A DNA stretch of 64,000 nucleotides from Octopus vulgaris (GCA_951406725.2 OX597814.1:174778001-174842000), one strand, 5' to 3'; shown: positions 1 through 14,269, counted from the first letter of the stretch. Made by a program: numbers and translations. Notes: generated by a model from the sequence alone, not told the origin.

Positions 1-229
1 TATAATCTAGACAACAGGAAAAACATACTCTTTTATGCTTTCCATGGTTTTTATTGTAATGAAACTAGGAAAGTGCTAAGGTAGTGAACTGACAGAATCT
101 GAACATGCTAACATGTCCAGATAAAGTGCCTTGTGGTATTTTAGTTCAATTTCACTTTCATCCTTTCTGGATTGGCAAATAAAGTGCCAGTTTGCACAGG
201 GATCAATTCCACAATCCACCCCCACCATT

Positions 230-277
<48 letters not shown>

Positions 278-539
278 TCTCTCTCTCTCTCCCTCTCTCT
301 CTCAATTAGCTGTAGATGACAAGATAGTGTCATGTAAAAATAATAACCAAAGGAAGGCAGCAGGAAACCTTTATATTCTCGTGTGAAAATTCCATGACAT
401 ACACTGTGTATTTGCCAAAGAAGTCAACAGGGGCCGGTCATTAATTTAATGGCACAAGGAAGGAAAGTAGTGGAGTGACTAAAATAGTATAAGCCTTGAA
501 CTAAATCCACTGCAGCACTTCATTATTTTAAAACATGAT

Positions 540-1990
540 TTAAGTAAGTACCACAAAGCATTTTGTACAGAGCTCTTGAACTGATACTGCTTTGCAGCCC
601 TTTACATTCTGAGTTCAAACCCTGCTAAATGAATTTTACCTTACATCCTTTGTACCAATCACACTCTAGGTTTGATATAATGAGCTATGCCTTCTCAAAT
701 TTCTGTCCTTGCACCTATTTAAGTTGTTGTGGATGGCAGAATTGGAAGAGAACTGGGCAAAATAATTGTTGTATTTAATTTTTTTCATTTGATGTTCTTA
801 GTTCAAATCTTTCTAGAGTTGATAAAATAAACATCAGTCAACTTATTATTATTATTATTATCATCATCATCTTCAATATGGTTGTAGAATGGCAGAAATG
901 ATAATGTGCTGGAATAAACGCTTAGTAGTATTTATTTACATTCTTCCATATGCTGAGCTCAGTCCTACTGAAGTCATCTTTGTCTTTCATTATTCATAAA
1001 TTAAACACCAGTAAAGTACTTGGATCAAATCAATTTAACTTCTTCCCTAAAGTTAGAAATAATTTATTATTATAAATAATAATAATAATCCTTTCTACTA
1101 TAGACACAAAGCCTGAAATTTCAGGGGAGGGGTAAGTCAATTACATCAGCCCCAGTTTTCAACTGGTACTTATTTTATGAACCTCTAAAGAATGAAAGGC
1201 AAAGTTGACCTCAGCAGAATTTGAACTCAGAATGTAAAGATGTAAAATGACATTAAATAATAATGCTTAGCAGCACTTTCTCTGGCATACTAATGATTCC
1301 AGCAGCTTGCCATCTTATCATAATAATAATAATAATAATAACAACAATCCTTTCTACTATAGGCACAAGGCCTGGATTTTTGTGGGGAGGGGGACAGGTG
1401 ATTACATCGACCCCAGTACTTGACTGGTACTTAATTTATCAACCCCAGAAGGATGAAAGGCAAATTTGACCTCAGTGGAATTTGAACTCAGAATGTAGTG
1501 ACAGATGGAATACCCTAAGCATTTTGCACAGCATGCTAACAATTCCACCAGCTTACCACCTTTCTATTATAGGCACAGGGCTTGAGATTTTGTGGAAGAG
1601 GACTAGTCAGTGGCATTAACCTCAATACTTGTCAGGTATGTATTTTATCAACCCTGAAATGATGAAGGACTAAGTCACCCTCAGTGTAATTTGAGTTTAG
1701 AACGGTTTCAAATTTTGGTACAGGGACAACAGTACTTATTTGATCAATCCTGGAAGGATGAAAAGCAAAGTTGACCGCAGCAGAATTTGAACTTGGGACA
1801 TAAAGAGTCAGAAGAAATGCCATGAAGAATTATGTCCGAAAGTCTAATGGTTCTGCCAGTTCGCCACCTTAATAATAATATCTAACTTAGACATAAAGAC
1901 CATACTATGAGGAGGAGGAGAAGAATATGCTAATTTAATTCATCCCAGTTCTTGAATAGTACTTATTTTATTGACCCTGGAAGAATGAAG
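540..1990. mobile_element. Cluster of about 7 decayed tRNA-derived SINEs (both orientations)
   Basis: Repeated ttctgagttcaaa (B-box like) and gcctttcatcctt..gataaa..gtaccagt body with (TAA)n tails. Confidence 0.8.
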
Positions 1991-2564
1991 GGCAAAATCC
2001 TTTGTTTCATCCTTTAACATTTTGTGTTCAGATTTAATTAAATTTGATTTTTATCATTTATCACTTGGTAGAATAAGATAAATACTAGTAAAATTCCGAA
2101 TTCGATTTAGTTAACCATATTTCACATGTAAAAAGGAAAAAAATAGTAATTTTTGTTACTAGCATCATCATTAAAAATATGATCTAATATCCATAATTTA
2201 GATTTTTTTCTCAATTAAATATGTTATTTATGATTTTTTTTTAAATTATCAATATTTTTATTAACATTATTTTATTTATTAGTATTATTATTTATTATTA
2301 TTATTAATTAGTGTTGTGGTTATTATTATTATTAACATTATTATCATTATTATTATATATTATTTATAAATTTTTTAAAAATTATCACTCAGTTATTAAT
2401 TTTTGTTTGTAGCAATATTGTTATTTTATTTTTACTATAATGACTATTATTATTTTTTTTTTTTTTTTGCTCTGTATGTGTGTTTGGGTTTGTGTGTATA
2501 TGTTTATGTGTGTAGATGTGTGCATCTGTGTGTTTTGATTTATTCTTCCTCCTGTTTTCCTTAC

Positions 2565-2671
2565 TGAAGAGGAATCCGTCATAACAATTTGCTTGTTGTA
2601 TCATCAGCTTATATCTGGGTCTAGTGCTTGGGAAAATCAATATCTATCACTTATTAAGCCCGAAGATATCT
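2565..2671 (-). other. Candidate 107-nt exon of a minus-strand transcript (mostly 5' UTR; possible starts MIQQANC.. or MTDSSS)
   Basis: On the minus strand: acceptor tcttttcattttgcag, non-repetitive body, donor TCA|GTAAGG. All three frames have early stops, so it is not a fully coding exon. Confidence 0.4.
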
Positions 2672-3013
2672 CTGCAAAATGAAAAGAGATAGGTATATGA
2701 ACAAGAGAGAGTGTGTGTATGTGTAAGAGAAAGACGGAGGGAAGTGAAAAGAGAGAGAGAGGGGGGGAAATTGTGAAGAGAAAGAGATAGAGAGATGAGA
2801 GAGACCAGTGAGGAGTGCTGCTGTTGATGCTGAATATTACTGCATCAAGATCAGCAAGCTACCACGACAGTTATGACTGCTACTTGCTGCCACTGTTGCA
2901 GGCCTTCTTTAACAGAATGCCACTCTATGTGAAAGCGGTTCTTTGACAGTGATGTCGCAAACATTATTGTAGCATATATATATACATATATATATATATA
3001 CATATATATATAC

Positions 3014-3065
<52 letters not shown>

Positions 3066-3239
3066 GTATATGTATATAGACATACATATATAAACGTGTG
3101 TTTGTATGAGTGTATATATATATATACACGCACACAAACATATATATGCTTGTTTACTACGCACACCTACATATTCATCTACACAATCTATGTAAAATGT
3201 ATATGTTATTACGGTTTCTTCAAACAAGTGATGTGACAC

Positions 3240-3344
3240 TTGTTTCAATTAGATAAGGGTTTTCTGTTTACTAACTTGCTATGGACTAGTATTATTGCCA
3301 ACCTGTACTGTCTTGATTGCTGTACACTAGATATCTACCTGACA
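3240..3344 (+). other. Candidate non-coding first exon of the + strand gene (start approximate)
   Basis: Unique sequence ending in a consensus donor ACA|GTAAGT (3345-3350) followed by T-rich intron-like sequence. The link to the exon at 41187 is inferred only. Confidence 0.3.
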
Positions 3345-6300
3345 GTAAGTTTTCTTTTAATATAATAATAATAATTGTTATTATTTCCATTATTGCTTGT
3401 TTATTTGGTATAATTTCATCCTCCTTTCACAGTTTAGAGTAACCCAATGCTATATCGATATATTTTCCATGCTGTCATCGAAATCAATTCTAAACCAGCT
3501 AGTCTCAGTTTGTGTTATAGAAATATTTTGTTGGCTGGTATTTACTTGCATTTTTGCTGTATTCTTTATCTTTATTGTTTGATTGTTTTGGGGATTTTTT
3601 TTTTTTTTGTTTTGTTCATCAGTGCAACTTTAACTTTCTGTCATCTTTGTCTGTTACATAAAGAACCCTCTGCATACTTCTCTCCTTCTCAGATATCTGA
3701 ATTCACAACATATATATAATATATATTATTTACATTTAATGTTTTACCAGAGTTATAGATATGAACATATAAGGCAGCCGCCTTAAAATATGTAAATATG
3801 TACTAAGACATATTCAAATATGTAGTTGGTATACATACACACTATTAGCTTTAATTTGTTTTTTAATGGGTAGGCCATATCTTTTTGTTTTCTGGTTTTG
3901 TTTTGTTTTATTGTGTTTTATTATTTTACACCATGGTGTCTATTTTCAGTTTTCTAGTGCATAATCAATAATAATTAAATATCAAAGATAGTAGGTTTAT
4001 CTTAAATGTAGAGTTTGTAGGCTGAAGGGAATTGTGGTTGAAGAAGAAAGAAAGAAAAAAAACATGTATAGTATTCATAAAAGCAATGCTGTAGTCAAAG
4101 ACGTTGATCTGTAGCAATATCTCCTACCCCCATTACAAACACTAAAGAATTATGAGAGCTTTTGCGAATAATGGAATATTTCTCTCTATTGTTTTCTTCC
4201 ACCATCTCTCGGTTAGTTTCCCAGTCTAATGTCATGATTTAGAGAAAAACAGATTAAAAGAGCTACTGTGTCATTTGAAACATTCATTTATACATAAATT
4301 TCTCTTTGATTTTTCTATTTCTTTTGTTTACCGCTACGTTTGATATTAATTCTTAATGTTTACAGTTCACTTAACTGCTTTCACTGGAAAAAAAAAATAT
4401 ATAATCATATTTTCATTCAAGACTTCTGACCCTATCATAATAATAATAAAAATGATAATAATAATGATAACAACAATATCAAGTCAAGTCTTGCTAAACC
4501 TTTTATATTAAAAGTGAAAAGGACAGAAATTTAAAATAGAAAATTATTAGTCTGGTAACTTTTTTTTTATTATTCTCATAAGCCTAATACAGTCCTCATA
4601 ATACTGTACCAAAATGCTCATGTGACCGATAAAATTACCCTTCCCAAAAGTTACCATATTCCAAAATTTAATAGAACCACCCAAAGTCTTCAATTACCAA
4701 TTTCATAGTATTTATAAATATAAAAAGATAGCCGACTAAAGTGAGTTATTTTGAATTCACATTGATGATCATTGGTGATTTTTATTGTTGCGAACTGTTC
4801 AGTAGCATAAATTGATTAGATTTTATTATAGTTGTTCCGTTTAGTGTTAGTTATTGTTCCCATCTGGCTCTACATACTTTGGTTCATTTTGTCTTTTATT
4901 TGTTGCTTCTTATTACCCTTTCGGTGAAGCTGCATGTCAAGAGGGCATAAGGCTTTGGTTATAAAGAAACAAAGCTTCAAGCTAATGAAGGAGCCTCTAT
5001 GATGTTGCTCAACCTAATAGCAGCCAAATCACCCTCAAATCACCAACCTAAAAAAAGGTGAAGGAAATATTGAACAATATAGTCACTAATGTATAAATAA
5101 AAGAATTGATAATCACAAGTAGAATGCCTTTGATCATAGATCAGGGCTAAAGGTAACCAACAACGAAAACTGTAAGACTTCTAATTACCAACTTATGTAA
5201 TAGTAGTATGATAAATTAGTGTAGTTTCTGTTATTATTTAATACTTGTACATAATAAAGAAAGAAAATCAATGGATTTTCATAAACCATTATATAACCTA
5301 ATACACTTCTTTATTCATCTAAAATTGTCAAATTACCAAAATAAGCATTCTTAAAAATATAAATAATCATTCCAAAATAAATATTCTAAAACAACCATAC
5401 CTCCTTTAACATGACTGATCAGGTGTCATTGTTATGTTAAGCCTATCCGGCTTAGGTTTTTTAATATATTTCTTCTTATTTGCCGTCTCTTAAGCATTAG
5501 CTAGTGTCTGTTCATATTCCATAATTGATATATGATTTGAAACAGTAGCTTTAGGATTCTACTAAAGCTATTAAATATATGTAAGAATTAAGCCCAGTTA
5601 TTAAACTGCTAATTAGTGCACAATAATTTTCAAATATCAAAGTTCTAAAATTTTGAACTTTTATCATGTCTAACTGATTTGTCTCCAACCAGACTGTAAA
5701 CAATGTTGAATAGAAAGTACTTAATGTTAACATCAATGTTAGGATGTTACCATACTTTGAAAGGTAGTCTTTCTTTATGTGCTTCCAAAAGAATTACTAT
5801 TGTATTGTTGCATGTAAGAATAATATATATTGACATATACAGAGACAAGAAGACTGAAGAATACTTTCAGGAAGTAAATAAAAACTTTAAAACAGCCATG
5901 ATTATCTTCATCAGAGTTATAGATTTAATACAACAGATTATTACAATGAAAAATCAGTACACTAGCTAGCTATGGTGTTGCCGAATAAAAATACTAAACT
6001 GAATAGTATTAATAATTCAAACTGCAAAGGTGGACAATAAGGAGGAAATAAGGGCAAAATTTAAGATTTATATGGCAATTCCTCTTCTCTAAGAAAATAT
6101 TGATTCCAAAAATCAAACCATCAGATAGCAGAATTGTGGCTTCCTGAATTATATGAAAGTATCCTGTCTTGGAAAGTAGCAACTCTAAAAATAAACCACT
6201 GCATAATATGTATGATTAAATAGAAATAGCTCTATTTTATGGGGAGAAAATCTCATTAATACTGTGGCCACCATAAACATTACCATTGTTATTCCTTCTT

Positions 6301-9300
6301 TCCCACCACCATTACCATCTCATAATAAACTTAGTAATTTTCAGTATAGGCACTGTACATTATTATATGAGAACTTTATCATAAGTTTTGGTTCACTTTC
6401 ATCTTGTGTATATTGTGTTTGTTGATATTAGTGATATCATGAGAATGATATCAGCAACTGTTGAATTACAAACAATTTATACTGCCATAATGTCAAATCA
6501 ATAAGGGATTCTCAACATGGTTCCCCAACTTGTTACAATTAGTAGTAAAATCACCCTGAAATTATATATTGCCATCTCTGGAAAAAAAAATCCAGATACA
6601 CTAGATGTCTGAAAAGGTAGGCTGGTCATGATTATAGCTACATTGGTTCAGGAATGACTTGGAGTTTAAATAGCAACTGCAATAATGTATTTAAAACTAT
6701 GTTTTATCACTTTTGGGGTTTTTTTACCTTCACCACAGACAACCAAATAATGACCTCTTAAGTTACATGTAATAGAGATCTAGTCTTAAGTTACAGAATA
6801 GCAATCTAGTCAGATCTCTATTCTGACACTTACCCACACTGAGAACAATACAGTGGACACTGTGGTAATGTAGTAAATAGACAATCAAAGAAAAATACAT
6901 GTGCTGCATTGGGAATATGTTAGTGTATAGTAATAAAACTTGTATGACAGAATAAAGGAATCATAAGTGTTATAAAGTGGTAAGTTCCAGTGCTATAGTG
7001 ATTGCTATATCAGCTCTCAAGAATGCAGAGGATGCTAACCTTTTAACTGAAGATATGCCTAAACAAATGTTAATGGTTTCAAATAGCATGCTTTAAAATT
7101 TAATAAATTGGTAGAATTTAAAATCTTTAGCTTAGCTTATTATAAAATTCTAATGGTATGTTGGGCTATATTTCAGAGTTAGGAGAAACAGTATAAGGGT
7201 TGGTGTGGTTTGGACACAGCTGAAGAGGAGTAGAAAAGAAAGAATTTAAAGTCAACAGAGGAACATTGAAATTGATAAGAAATGATAGGAGGATGGTAAA
7301 GATGATAAAAGTTATATAGTCGACAGACACAATACATGACACATAATCATTTGATATTATACACAGATATAACTACAGTTTAAGTAGAAGGATAAACTTG
7401 ATAAGCAGTTGGCAGGGGGAGGTAAGGAAATCGTAAATTTACATAGCCACATGTATTTGTATGCATGTGTGCTTGTGTGTGAATATATATATATATTAAA
7501 TATTAATAGCGAATGTTTATTTGATGGTTCACTGTTAAAATTCACTTCTCAAAGCATGTTTATGATATTAACTAAACAAACCTATTAAACTAGCATTTAC
7601 ATATATTTGTCTCTCTATATATATATAAACAGACAGATATGCAGGGCCTTTAGAAGTTTTGCAAGGTGGAACAAGACTGGTTTTAGGCCCCCATCAAACA
7701 TTCACTGACCATTCCTTGGTTCTTTGGCTCCCAGACCAATATATCAGCTGAACCTGTCTCTTCTGGATACCTTGGTACAAATAAAAATTTATAGTCTGGA
7801 TATAAGGCCTGTAGTTTCTCATTAGTTTCCTATAGCTGTTCTGCTTTTCTCCAATTTTTAGGAAATATTCACTCCCACTAGATAGCTAACCTATACAGTA
7901 GTGCAGGCTTATTGTATTAGCATGGGATTGCTGTTTATATTGGAATATTCCACCAGTATTCCTCATTTTTAAAGATATGGCTACATTTTGGTCTGGAGTA
8001 CCTTTGGAAGGGTCATAGAAATAATCCTCCTTTGCAGATAGCACTGTAAGTGGTTTTAGTGACAATGTTGTGTTTCATAAGAAGGTAGTACCTTGCAGGT
8101 ATTCTTGAACAGCTGATGATGATGTGGGTGATAATTCCCATTCTGGCACAATTGGCAATCACCTTGTATCATGATGTAGAGACTTAGAGGCTTCCTTATT
8201 GATGAAGTGTTTAGTGGCTATTTTCTATTCCTAAATAGCAAAGGTGTAGCCTTCTAGGTAAGATGTAATATATCCACCACAGATCTAGGAGAAGCTACAC
8301 TTCCTATCAATGTTACTACATATGTGTGTGTGTGTGTGTGTGTGTGAATGTATGAATGCATGTGTGTGTGTATATGACTATGGGTGAGTGAGTATGCATG
8401 TATGTATTGTCCTAACACAAGCTTCAAAATGAGGGTGAAGAATGACGTCAAAATAGGAGAAACACCGAAAATTGACAAATGGTAGTAGTTGAGTAAACAA
8501 ACAGTAGTTGTAGGTATTTGTTCGATCGGCTAGCTTTATAGATATATATCTGTCTGTATGTATGCATGAACAGAGACATGTGTGCATACACACACACGCA
8601 CACACATATATGCATACACATGTTATTACACACAGGATACATATAAAGACACAAAATATCCACCTACTCATATAAACATTCTCTTCTCTTCCTCACACAG
8701 ATGCATGCACATACATACATATGTATGTGTGTATGTCTATGACATACACACATATGTATGTGTGTATGTCTATGACATACACACATACATATAGTGTATC
8801 AGACAAAATATTTTGTGGTCTGGGCTTTTCACATTTTGGATTCTCAAATGACCACTTTAACCCACAACTCTCCCTCAAATACTAGGCATTGCCTGGGGTA
8901 AAAACTCAGAGAATTAACCTAGCGAATCAACAGTTGCAGGAACTGTTTTCTATCCCAAAGAAAATGTGAACTGCCCTGGTGAGTTTCATACTCAAGTTCC
9001 CCAACATCTTATAATATAAATATGTGTGTGCACACATGTGTGTATTTCAGACATTTTTTGAGGGGCTTCTCTGTTCAAAAGCATTGAAGATAATATTTTG
9101 TAAATAGAAACTTTTGATTCAAATTTTGCCATTCTTCCCCTCTCTGATGAGCAGGAAGCAACCAGTCATAACATTTTCATTTTTGAATTGTTGTTCTTTT
9201 TTTTTTTTTTGGAGGGTAGGGGCTTTTTTCAAACAGAATTTTGTTTTAAATGTAGATGATTATAATTCCGCAAAGGAAAAAAAATAAGATTGAGGTTTAA

Positions 9301-10242
9301 GATCAGGGATTATGGATTAATATTGTAGGGCAAGGTTAAGTTATAGAGTTGGGATTTGGGTTAAGGGTCTGAATGGAGAAGTGGAATTCAAAACATTCTT
9401 TTTTTTCTTTTCACTTATTTTAGTCATTAGTCTGTAGCCATGCTGGACCACCATCTTGAAGATACTTATTGCTTCATTCTCTTTTGCCAAAATGCTAAAT
9501 AACAGGGATGTAAATAAACTAACACCAGTTGTCAAATGATGGTGGAGAGCAAACACACACAAACAAACATATATATGTGAGTTTGGAGGGACATACTACC
9601 CAAGTAGGTAGTGTGGTGGCTCTCAGTTATCTTCCAGTTTACAGCTAGCCACATTGATCAGTATTTAATGTCGATGACTACTATTAGTTGTCAGTCACTA
9701 TGTAAATTCCTCTAATCAGTAATTGTAAAATAAGAGGAAAGAAATTTTGAGGATGAACAAGTCTCCAGTTCTACATCTTTATAATTATTGCTCTCATACA
9801 CACACACACACACACAATGGATTTCTTTCAGTCTCTGTCTATCAAATCCACAAAGGCTTTGGTTGACCCAAAACTGTAATAAAAAAACACTTGCCCAGGG
9901 CACCATGCAATGGGACTAAACCCAGAACCATGTGGTTGGGAAGCAGACCATTTACAACACAACCATACCTGCATTTTTGCAGAATCATAATCTGCTGTTT
10001 AAAACAGAAATGATGAAAGAATTTCTAACCAAAGATATTGTTATGTGGTATACTTAGTCTGATACTATTGTCTGTCCACAATCTTCTCTATAATTTAAGT
10101 AAGTTATGTTACAGCATCAACGTCACTTCCCGGTTTTCAGCCTGAGCAACACTGAGTATTTCAGCTAGCAACTTCTAAATACTGGCCCATCATGTGTACT
10201 TTTGAATGAAATATCTCTGATTTATATATGTGAGAGAGGACA

Positions 10243-10289
<47 letters not shown>

Positions 10290-10291
<2 letters not shown>

Positions 10292-10701
10292 TTCTTTATT
10301 GCTCACAAGGGGCTAAACATAGAGGGGACAAACAAAGACAGACAAAGGGATTAAGTCAATTACATTGACCCCAGTGCATAACTGGTACTTTATTTATAGA
10401 CCCCGAAAGGATGAAAGGCAAAGTCGACCTTCGCGGGATTTGAATTCAGAATGTAACGGCAGACAAAATACCTATTTCTTTACTACCCACAAGGGGCTAA
10501 ACACAGAGAGGACAAACAAGGACAGACAAACGGATTAAGTCGATTACATTGACCCCAGCACGTAACTGGTACTTATTTACTCAACCCTGAAATTATGAAA
10601 GGCAAAGACGACCTCGGCGGAATTTGAACCCAGAATGTAGAGGCAGATGAAATACTGCTAAGCACTTCACCCGGTGTGCTAACGTTTCTGCCAGCTCACC
10701 G

Positions 10702-10704
<3 letters not shown>
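10290..10704 (-). mobile_element. Well-preserved dimeric tRNA-derived SINE inserted in (TA)n (relatives at about 16660-16877, 34918-35135, 37980-38389, 39580-40183, 51650-51880, 58255-58488, 59150-59352, 61170-61392)
   Basis: Head ggcggtgagctggcagaa..gggttcaaattcc on minus. The body of about 185 bp is duplicated in tandem. Confidence 0.9.

Positions 10705-10789
<85 letters not shown>
10705..10789. repeat. Long (TA)n microsatellite, representative of many simple repeats: (CT)n 231-303, (TA)/(TACA) 2974-3130, (TG)n 12369-12402, (GATA)/(GACA) 24353-24514, (GGT)n 41779-41817, (TTA)n 47068-47117, (CA)n 53847-53903
   Basis: Directly visible. Confidence 0.98.
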
Positions 10790-10795
<6 letters not shown>

Positions 10796-10898
10796 AATAT
10801 AAGAGAGTGGTCACTATATTGATCACTCTAGCACCAGTTAATCCAAAAGGTTTCAACCACGGAATTAAATTAGTATCTAATTCTCTCACCCTTATTAA

Positions 10899-10940
<42 letters not shown>

Positions 10941-12358
10941 CTCATCAAATGTGTACACCAGAGGCGTGTGTGAACATTAAGAATGTCTGAGATGCAGTAA
11001 TATTAATTGAATTGTAAATTGACAACAAATAGTGATACATAGTTGAACAAATGTTGTGTAGCAGGTGCTAGCTTAAGTAGATATAAAGGTGAAGAAGCAG
11101 GTTCGATAAGACTCAAGAGAATATGAGGGTGATAGGGCAAATTAGCCAAACAAAAAATAAAATTATAGCAATCTCGACAACTGCTAAGCTATTAATAGTG
11201 GAAAAGAAAATAAATGAAACAAAATAATGTGAAAGGTACTGAAAAGTAAGCATGCCAAGTCACTTTGAACATATTCAATGAATCAAATGTTACTGTTTTA
11301 CTATTAAGAAAAGAGTACTCATATGGACTGCATATGTTTGTGTGTTTGTGTATGTATGTGTGTGTGTGTGCGCGCATGTATGTGTGTGATATTTGGCCCA
11401 AGCTGTACTGATTAACTCTAATGTTTTCTTGCAGCCTGCAGATCGACTGCATTTAAGAATTAGTTTCTGTCCAGTTGCCAATATACAATCCTAAATATTT
11501 TCTTTGTGTTTGATATCAAATGAGTATTCAAGTCATTGAAAATTTTTATTTAAAACTTTTCAGAAAATGCAGAGAGAAAGAGTGGTTGGGTGGGGGTAAA
11601 AATAAATGTGTGTACATTGATTTTTTTTTCTTGCTAGTTTTATAATCAGAGTTATGCTTTGAGAACAAAACCAGTTCTGATTATAAACCTAAAACTGTTT
11701 ATCATAGAAAATGCTCCGAATTTCCTGCATGCCAAAACAAATAATAAATCATTTCACAGCTCTTTGCTTGTGATTCCAGTGTTGATTTGTTGATCTACTA
11801 TGTGTTGATTATTGACCTAACAGGTCGCTAATATTGTTAATTAGCCCCTAGTCAGCTCTGATTGAGTTGAGTATTATTGGTGGGGGTTGTCAGATGAATA
11901 TGCGGTGATCACTTACAGGATTATTAAAGCACATTAAGTTTCATGGAACCTTTCCCATTCAGATTTCTTTATATGTTGAGTTGGTTTTAGAATGACGTAG
12001 AGCTTAGAGCCTGTAATTTTGGCAAGCACCACATTATGAGGATTTTGTAGAGACATTTCTGCTGTCACATTATTTAAATGACTCCTAGGTTATTTCATTG
12101 ATATTGATGTTACTATTGTTGAAATAATTCCTATTAATTCTGTTGTTAATAAAACAAGACAGGAAATTCTCAGATGGTAATGCTGTTTTGTCAGCACACA
12201 GAACAAAATGGTAACTAATGCTCAAAGAATTTAACTGACTGAAATTTATCACCATCTTGTTAATTGTTTGGATTGTTGGTGATGTTATTCAAGACTCTAA
12301 AGAGAGAGCTTCAAACCTTATAGAAATTAACCTTTATATCACTTCTTAGAAAGTATTT

Positions 12359-12403
<45 letters not shown>

Positions 12404-12405
<2 letters not shown>

Positions 12406-12600
12406 CATCATCATCGTTTCATGTCCGCTTTCCATGCTAGCATGGGTTGGACGATTTGACTGAGGTCTGGCGAACCAGATGGCTGTACCAAACTCCAATC
12501 TGATCTGGCAGAGTTTCTACAGCTCGATGCCCTTCCTAATGCCAACCACTCCGAGAGTGTAGTGGGTGCTTTTACATGCCACCAGCACAAGGGCCAGTCA
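12404..12600 (-). mobile_element. Short RTE 3'-end copy (others at about 19530-19930, 23867-24115, 30847-31165)
   Basis: Same (CAT)n tail and ctacagctggatgcccttcctaa body. Confidence 0.8.
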
Positions 12601-12828
12601 GTGTTCATGTTCCATGCTGGCATGGTTTGGGTGGTTTGACAGGATCCAATAGGTCCAAGGACTACATTCTGCTCCAGTGTCTGCTTTGGAATGGTTTCTT
12701 ATGGCTGGATAGCCTTCCTAATACCTTAGATATGTGTGTGCAAATGTTTCTTTTATGTCAAGTTATATATAAAAACAGCTTAACATTAAACTGGAGGACT
12801 ACCTAATGCTTTTTAATAGCATACATAT

Positions 12829-13215
12829 ATACTCTTTTACTCTTTTACTTGTTTCAGTCATTTGACTGCGGCCATGCTGGAGTACCACCTTTTAGTCGAG
12901 TAAATCGACCCCAGGACTTATTCTTTGTAAGCCTAGTACTTATTCTATCAGTCTCTTTTGCTGAACCGCTAAGTCATGGGGACGTAAACAGACCACCGTT
13001 GGTTGTCAAGCATTGGTGGGGGGACAAACACAGACACACACAAACATATACACATATATATACATATATAAGACGGGCTTCTTCCAGTTTCTGTCTACCA
13101 AATCCACTCACAAGGCTTTGGTCGGCCCGAGGCTATAGTAGAAGACACTTGCCCAAGGTGCCACACAGTGGGAATGAACCTGGAATCATGTGGTTGGTAA
13201 GCAAGCTATTTACCA
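12829..13215 (-). mobile_element. Composite CORE-like tRNA SINE with (AAAAGAGT)n tail (relatives at about 9820-9975, 19128-19530, 20360-20720, 21080-21400, 31190-31370, 54110-54255)
   Basis: On minus: ggttcattcccactgtgtggcaccttgggcaagtg (B-box plus CORE-like) and tail gaaacaagtaaaagagtaaaagagt. Confidence 0.8.
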
Positions 13216-13375
13216 CGATTTTGAAGTTTCAGCTTGCTTGCAATTTATCAGACAGTCTAATGAAGGTAAGCAAATAGAAACTTAATCAGTGCCAACCTTT
13301 TCCATGTAAATGTGTGTGTGTGTGATGCTCCATCATGGCCACAATCAAATGACTGAAACAAGTCAAAGAATAAAA

Positions 13376-13428
<53 letters not shown>

Positions 13429-13814
13429 CAGTGGACGGTGCTGAGTTGTCAAACATTTAAACCAAATTTTCTCAAAACAATTTGTCCGACCGTCCTATAG
13501 GCCTCTCCTTTGAGAAACACTGATTTAACCTAAATTTGAGACACCAGCAAAAGAAGAAATAAAGAGATTTTTTTCTATTCCAAAGAATGCTTTATCGATC
13601 GCATTCTCACCTGGAATCAAATTTTGTAATTTTTTCAAGACTTTTGCATGCCCTGATACCATCGGTATCTACATATCAAATTTGATATGTCCTAGAAGGC
13701 ACACACACAGACAGACAGAATGGATTTTATATATTAGATATATAGTTTATATTCATTTAAAGGAAGAAGAAAATGGAAATTGGGAAGTTAATTATTTGTT
13801 ATTAACAGCAAATT

Positions 13815-13915
13815 GGTCATCTTCACTTACATCCATTTCTATTAATATTCAATAAACATTAACTTTACATTTATGCAACGTGAGCATAATATCATCAGAG
13901 GGGAAAAGGTGTACC
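13815..13915 (-). ncRNA. Second, more degenerate hammerhead motif (left arm of palindrome)
   Basis: The reverse complement carries CTGATGA (13892-13898), the same helix II, GAAA (13836-13839) and GTA. The helix III palindrome is mutated (tggatg). Confidence 0.55.
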
Positions 13916-13950
13916 TTTGGATGCTGTATGTGTGTTTGCGAGCATCCAAA

Positions 13951-14051
13951 GGTACATCTTTTTTCCTCTGATGATATTATGCTCATGCCTCATAAATGTA
14001 AATTTAACGTTTATTGAGTATTAATAGAAATAGCTGTAAGTGAAGATGACC
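13951..14051 (+). ncRNA. Minimal type-I hammerhead ribozyme motif (right arm of palindrome)
   Basis: CTGATGA 13968-13974; helix II tattatgctca/tgagtattaata; GAAA 14027-14030; helix III t-AGCT-g; GTA triplet 14036-14038; helix I ggtacatctt..cct / agtgaagatgacc. Confidence 0.7.
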
Positions 14052-14269
14052 AATTTGCTGTTAATAGTAAACAATTATTAACATCCCAATCACCATTTTC
14101 TTCTTTCAAATGAATATAAGCTATATATTTTTATATATACCCATTATTCTAAGGAAATTCATTCCCCAAAAATATTTAATATTGAACCAGTATTTCCTTG
14201 GATGAAACCATCCCATCATGAGGTTAGCACAACCTCTAATTAAATATATATATATATATATATATATAT

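Larger units (their letters stand above)
13739..14127. repeat. About 187-bp-arm imperfect palindrome, probable Penelope-like inverted pLTR insertion
   Basis: Arms 13739-13925 and 13941-14127 are reverse complements with scattered mismatches and a 15-nt loop. Each arm carries a hammerhead motif. Confidence 0.85.

Noticed and set aside
2851-3248. YIYI/HTHT/ERER-type ORFs here and throughout
   Set aside because: Translations of dinucleotide microsatellites.
8443-8450. Perfect CRE site TGACGTCA (also 39968-39975)
   Set aside because: An 8-mer is expected by chance at about this frequency. The second copy is inside a retroelement, and there is no supporting promoter evidence.
9144-9175. Other CTGATGA hits (9144, 8113, 25421, 32885)
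   Set aside because: No helix II followed by GAAA and no helix I/III pairing.
10620-10704. tRNA genes at SINE heads
   Set aside because: A/B-box-like motifs are present, but there is no complete cloverleaf and they are always fused to SINE bodies.
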